Of a stretch of 64,000 nt of DNA, positions 61,040 to 64,000 are shown piece by piece; within the stretch, counting starts at the first letter, position 1, and each line of letters opens with the position of its first letter. A model generated the notes under the pieces. The model was not told the DNA's origin, made no database searches, and saw only the letters and a list, made by a program, of their open reading frames with translations. The DNA is from Leptogorgia sarmentosa (taxonomy: Eukaryota), in NCBI GenBank assembly GCA_964658305.1, contig OZ210885.1, forward strand, positions 4,712,001-4,776,000, given 5' to 3'. Made by a program: the position numbers and the translations under genes.

Positions 61040-61351
61040 TTACTCTTCTTTAATCCGAAAAGATGGTATCCAGATTGCATGAGTACGCACTAAACGCGGC
61101 CTGGGATCTTCCTCATTCACTATTTCAGGCACTATTTCAGGAACTATTTCAGGCTCATTTTGGGAAATAATGATGGTATCACATGATTGCAGAGAGCAAT
61201 CAGAAGCATAATCATCGTCCTTGTCCATTTCATTGCCCTCAGTCGCCCTAATGCCCTTCTTTCTTCTCTTTTCCTTTCTTTTCTCTTCCTTTCTTCTCTT
61301 TTCCTTTTTTCTTTTCCTCTTTCTGTTGTGTTGCCGATCAGATGAATCCAT
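61040..61351 (-). CDS. Hypothetical 103-aa basic/acidic protein, possibly mobile-element derived
   Basis: MDSSDRQHNRKRKRKKEKRR...EPEIVPEIVPEIV...PRLVRTHAIWIP*, with AATAAA just after the stop; low complexity. Confidence 0.3.
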   Translation of the reverse strand: MDSSDRQHNRKRKRKKEKRRKEEKRKEKRRKKGIRATEGNEMDKDDDYASDCSLQSCDTIIISQNEPEIVPEIVPEIVNEEDPRPRLVRTHAIWIPSFRIKEE

Positions 61352-61422
61352 TGGTTCAATTGCTATAAAGAAGCGAAAATATCGCAAAATAAGGACGATT
61401 TGGAAGGATTTTTGTATTTGAA

Positions 61423-61853
61423 GGTATATTTTAACTCCCGTAAGTGTAATATAGACGACCGGCAGCCGGTTAGAATTTGTTCGTACTATATAGCCGGCAG
61501 TACAATTATATGTAAAGTCCATTTATTTTTACAAAATAAACCAAACCCAAACTGTAGTAAACCTGACAATAACCTTATGACAGTCTAACCCCAAACACTG
61601 TGAAGCAGAAAAAATGTCTTCAAAACTTTTTGAAAAAAATAAACAAATCTTCCGGCGAAAATTAATTCCAGCCTCACCACGCTTCGGTTTGTCGTGTGAT
61701 GCGCTCCTTACCAAACACGCTAGCAGCCAGCTGAGCTCACCGAAAGCTTAGCGTAAGCAAACAATTTTATAATTCTACTGCCGGCTATATAGTACGAACA
61801 AATTCTAAATAACCGGCTGCCGGTCAAATAGTCACTTCGGAGAAAAATATCCC
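61423..61853. mobile_element. MITE with long imperfect TIRs
   Basis: 61457-61510 is inverted at 61768-61825, with weaker pairing outward. Confidence 0.65.
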
Positions 61854-62665
61854 GTTGTATGAATACGAAAATATAGTTATATATTGTAACTGCTAAACAG
61901 ACAATTGCAATTTGCAACTCTAAAAAGTATAAAATGCTCACTTTCTCCATTGCGCTCGAACCGTTCTTCGTCTTCGAAGCATTCTTGTTTTATCTATAAA
62001 CGATTAAAGAGCAGAGAATTACAGTAGTATTCACCAAAAAGTTAGTTATTCAAACAAAAAATTGGCGCATACATACCTCTTGTAGTTCCGCCATTCTGAA
62101 CCCGTTGGAATAGTTACAATGCTGCATCAAAATATGAAAATATTAATAATGGAACCTGCTGCGTTAGCGAAATTCTATCCTTTGTTCTATTCTTTGTGAA
62201 ATTCTATACATCGAACCGATGTATAGTTGACAGTTTATCTAGTCAGCGTTATTCTAATCAATATTTTACGCAGCAGTTTACAGTAAAGCGTTAAGATTTT
62301 GTCCAAGTCATAGGAATAGCTCACCAAATTGATTGCGCTGAATACACACATAACACATACACAAATTTGCGTAAATTAAATAAACTCGTATAGTTTATAT
62401 AAATAAACTTGTAAAGTTTTATATAAATTAAACTCCTGCGTCTTGTAATAACCCTCTTCACCTTATAAAGTCTGCTTTTCTTCGATTTTGGAGCTGTATC
62501 AAACTTCAAACAGTACTTCCGAAGAGAACGAATTTAAAAGCTTATAAAACGTTTATGCAGTGCTTCCACTGTCAAATTTTAAAATTCCTGAGATTTATGT
62601 CAAAATTTCCTTAGATTTCCTTGATTGAGGAATAAAATTTCCTTAGAATTTCTTTGAGAAAACTT

Positions 62666-64000
62666 TGAAAATTAAACGAAACTTACCTGTAGGTTGAAGT
62701 TTGATTGTAATTCTATCACATGACCATGGAGGCAGGAGATCACATGAGAAGCACTGCGCCTGCGTGGATTCATTATTCAAAGACGAAATAGGTACATCCG
62801 TTTCCACCTGTACCCATTTGTAACTGGCAACTAGCTGCCTTATGCATGCAAGTATTTGGTGCACAAAAAGACGTGTACCATAACATTAACGTAAGTAGGG
62901 TAGGGACAACACCATATCCCGTCTCACAATGGGTGGGCATGTGATCTCCTGCCTCCATGGTCATGTGATAGAATTACAATCAAACTTCAACCTACAGGTA
63001 AGTTTCGTTTAATTTTCAAATTCTATCACATGACCGAGGCAGGAAATCCCATGAGACTTTAAAGCCGATGTACCTATTTCCCCCGAGATCAGGGAAACTG
63101 TACAACATATGAGATGACACCAATTTGTAGCCCTCAATGCTTTATTGAGTGTCCGCCCAACCAACAGAACATATTATACAATGTGAACCCATATCTACAA
63201 TATGAAGTCAGTGCCTGTTCTGAACATGATGTTCCTGTATGTTGTTCATAGAGATGAAAGTAGTGCACAAGCCATGTTATCTTCAGTGTTTATTATCTCC
63301 TTGTTGTAAAACCGCTGGAACGTTGTTGCGTTTGACCACCCAGCTAGTGACATAAATTAATAATATCCATTGGAACAGACCGGGCCTTAGCCTTGGACGT
63401 CGAGGCTGCCCGAGTACTATGCGGTGTAAAGACTGTTGTGTCGATGCCAGCAGCAGTCAAGCCCATTTTGACCCAACGGGACATGGTATCTCGTGAAATT
63501 GCCTTATGTGGTCTCTGGTAGCTAATAAGGAGTTGTTTTTCTTCTCCCCGTAGTGGGTTTGTTCTAGCCAGGTATGCATTAAGAGTTAGCAGTGGACAAA
63601 TGGCCTGGTTCTCTGTGTACTTTTTAAACGTTAGCATTGTGGCAGTCTGTCCTGGTTTGCTTGTCTTGATGTGCTCTAACAACTGGAATTTGCAAGTATC
63701 GTTCGTAATGTTTAGACCATCTAAATTCAGGAGGTATATAGTCTGTCCTCGTTGCCCTGACAACAGCAACAACAGCATAACAAGTTTAAGGCTCAAAGTC
63801 TTTAGAGTTATCCCACTGTTTGGATACAATGTAGCAAGATGCTTGAGTACTGTGGACACATCCCATGTAGTTGTACATTTCGGTACAGGGTGCCTTGTTT
63901 CAAAGACAGCTTTCATAAATCTGGTTACCACTTGATGGGACCCAAAGTTCAGACATTCTCCTTCGGTGATGATATTAGACAAGGCAGACCGTGCCGTGTT
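62666..64000 (-). mobile_element. DIRS-type tyrosine-recombinase retrotransposon, 3' end
   Basis: YR reading frame followed by an ~80-bp inverted repeat (62666-62747 vs 62939-63021) containing aacttacc/ggtaagtt, plus an adjacent partial copy at 63021-63056, consistent with ICR/ITR structure. Confidence 0.85.
63246..64000 (-). pseudogene. Tyrosine recombinase of the DIRS element, frameshifted near 63355
   Basis: SGQRGQT (catalytic R) and FTPHSTRAAS (HxxR) lie in the track ORF; MSLAGWSNATTFQRFYNK (W, catalytic Y) continues in another frame to a stop at 63246. Confidence 0.85.

Noticed and set aside
62321..62580. Possible protein relic KFDTAPKSKKSRLYKVKRVITRRR
   Set aside because: Too short and interrupted to assign.

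Overview
AT-rich, repeat-dense animal genomic DNA with GT-AG introns. The gene and repeat content looks cnidarian (possibly octocoral), but that is inference. Contents: (1) the 3' exons of a LIN7/Veli PDZ gene on + (229-3563); (2) a ~50 kb tandem array of intronless class A GPCR paralogues on -, with 8 intact ORFs plus several disrupted, fused or relic copies, non-canonical microswitches and variable pocket residues, resembling a birth-and-death chemoreceptor-like family; (3) a spliced secreted phospholipase A2 gene inside the array with a duplicated propeptide exon; (4) a 2.3 kb 24-bp minisatellite; (5) many mobile elements: hAT, Harbinger, P-like and Tc1-like MITEs, Penelope ends with minimal hammerhead ribozymes, a mini Polinton-like element flanked by an inverted duplication of a GPCR 5' end, THAP and Transib/Chapaev-like transposase relics, and a DIRS 3' end. 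Paralogue comparisons also show a recurrent palindromic micro-insertion signature that accounts for several gene disruptions. All calls were made by eye without database searches.
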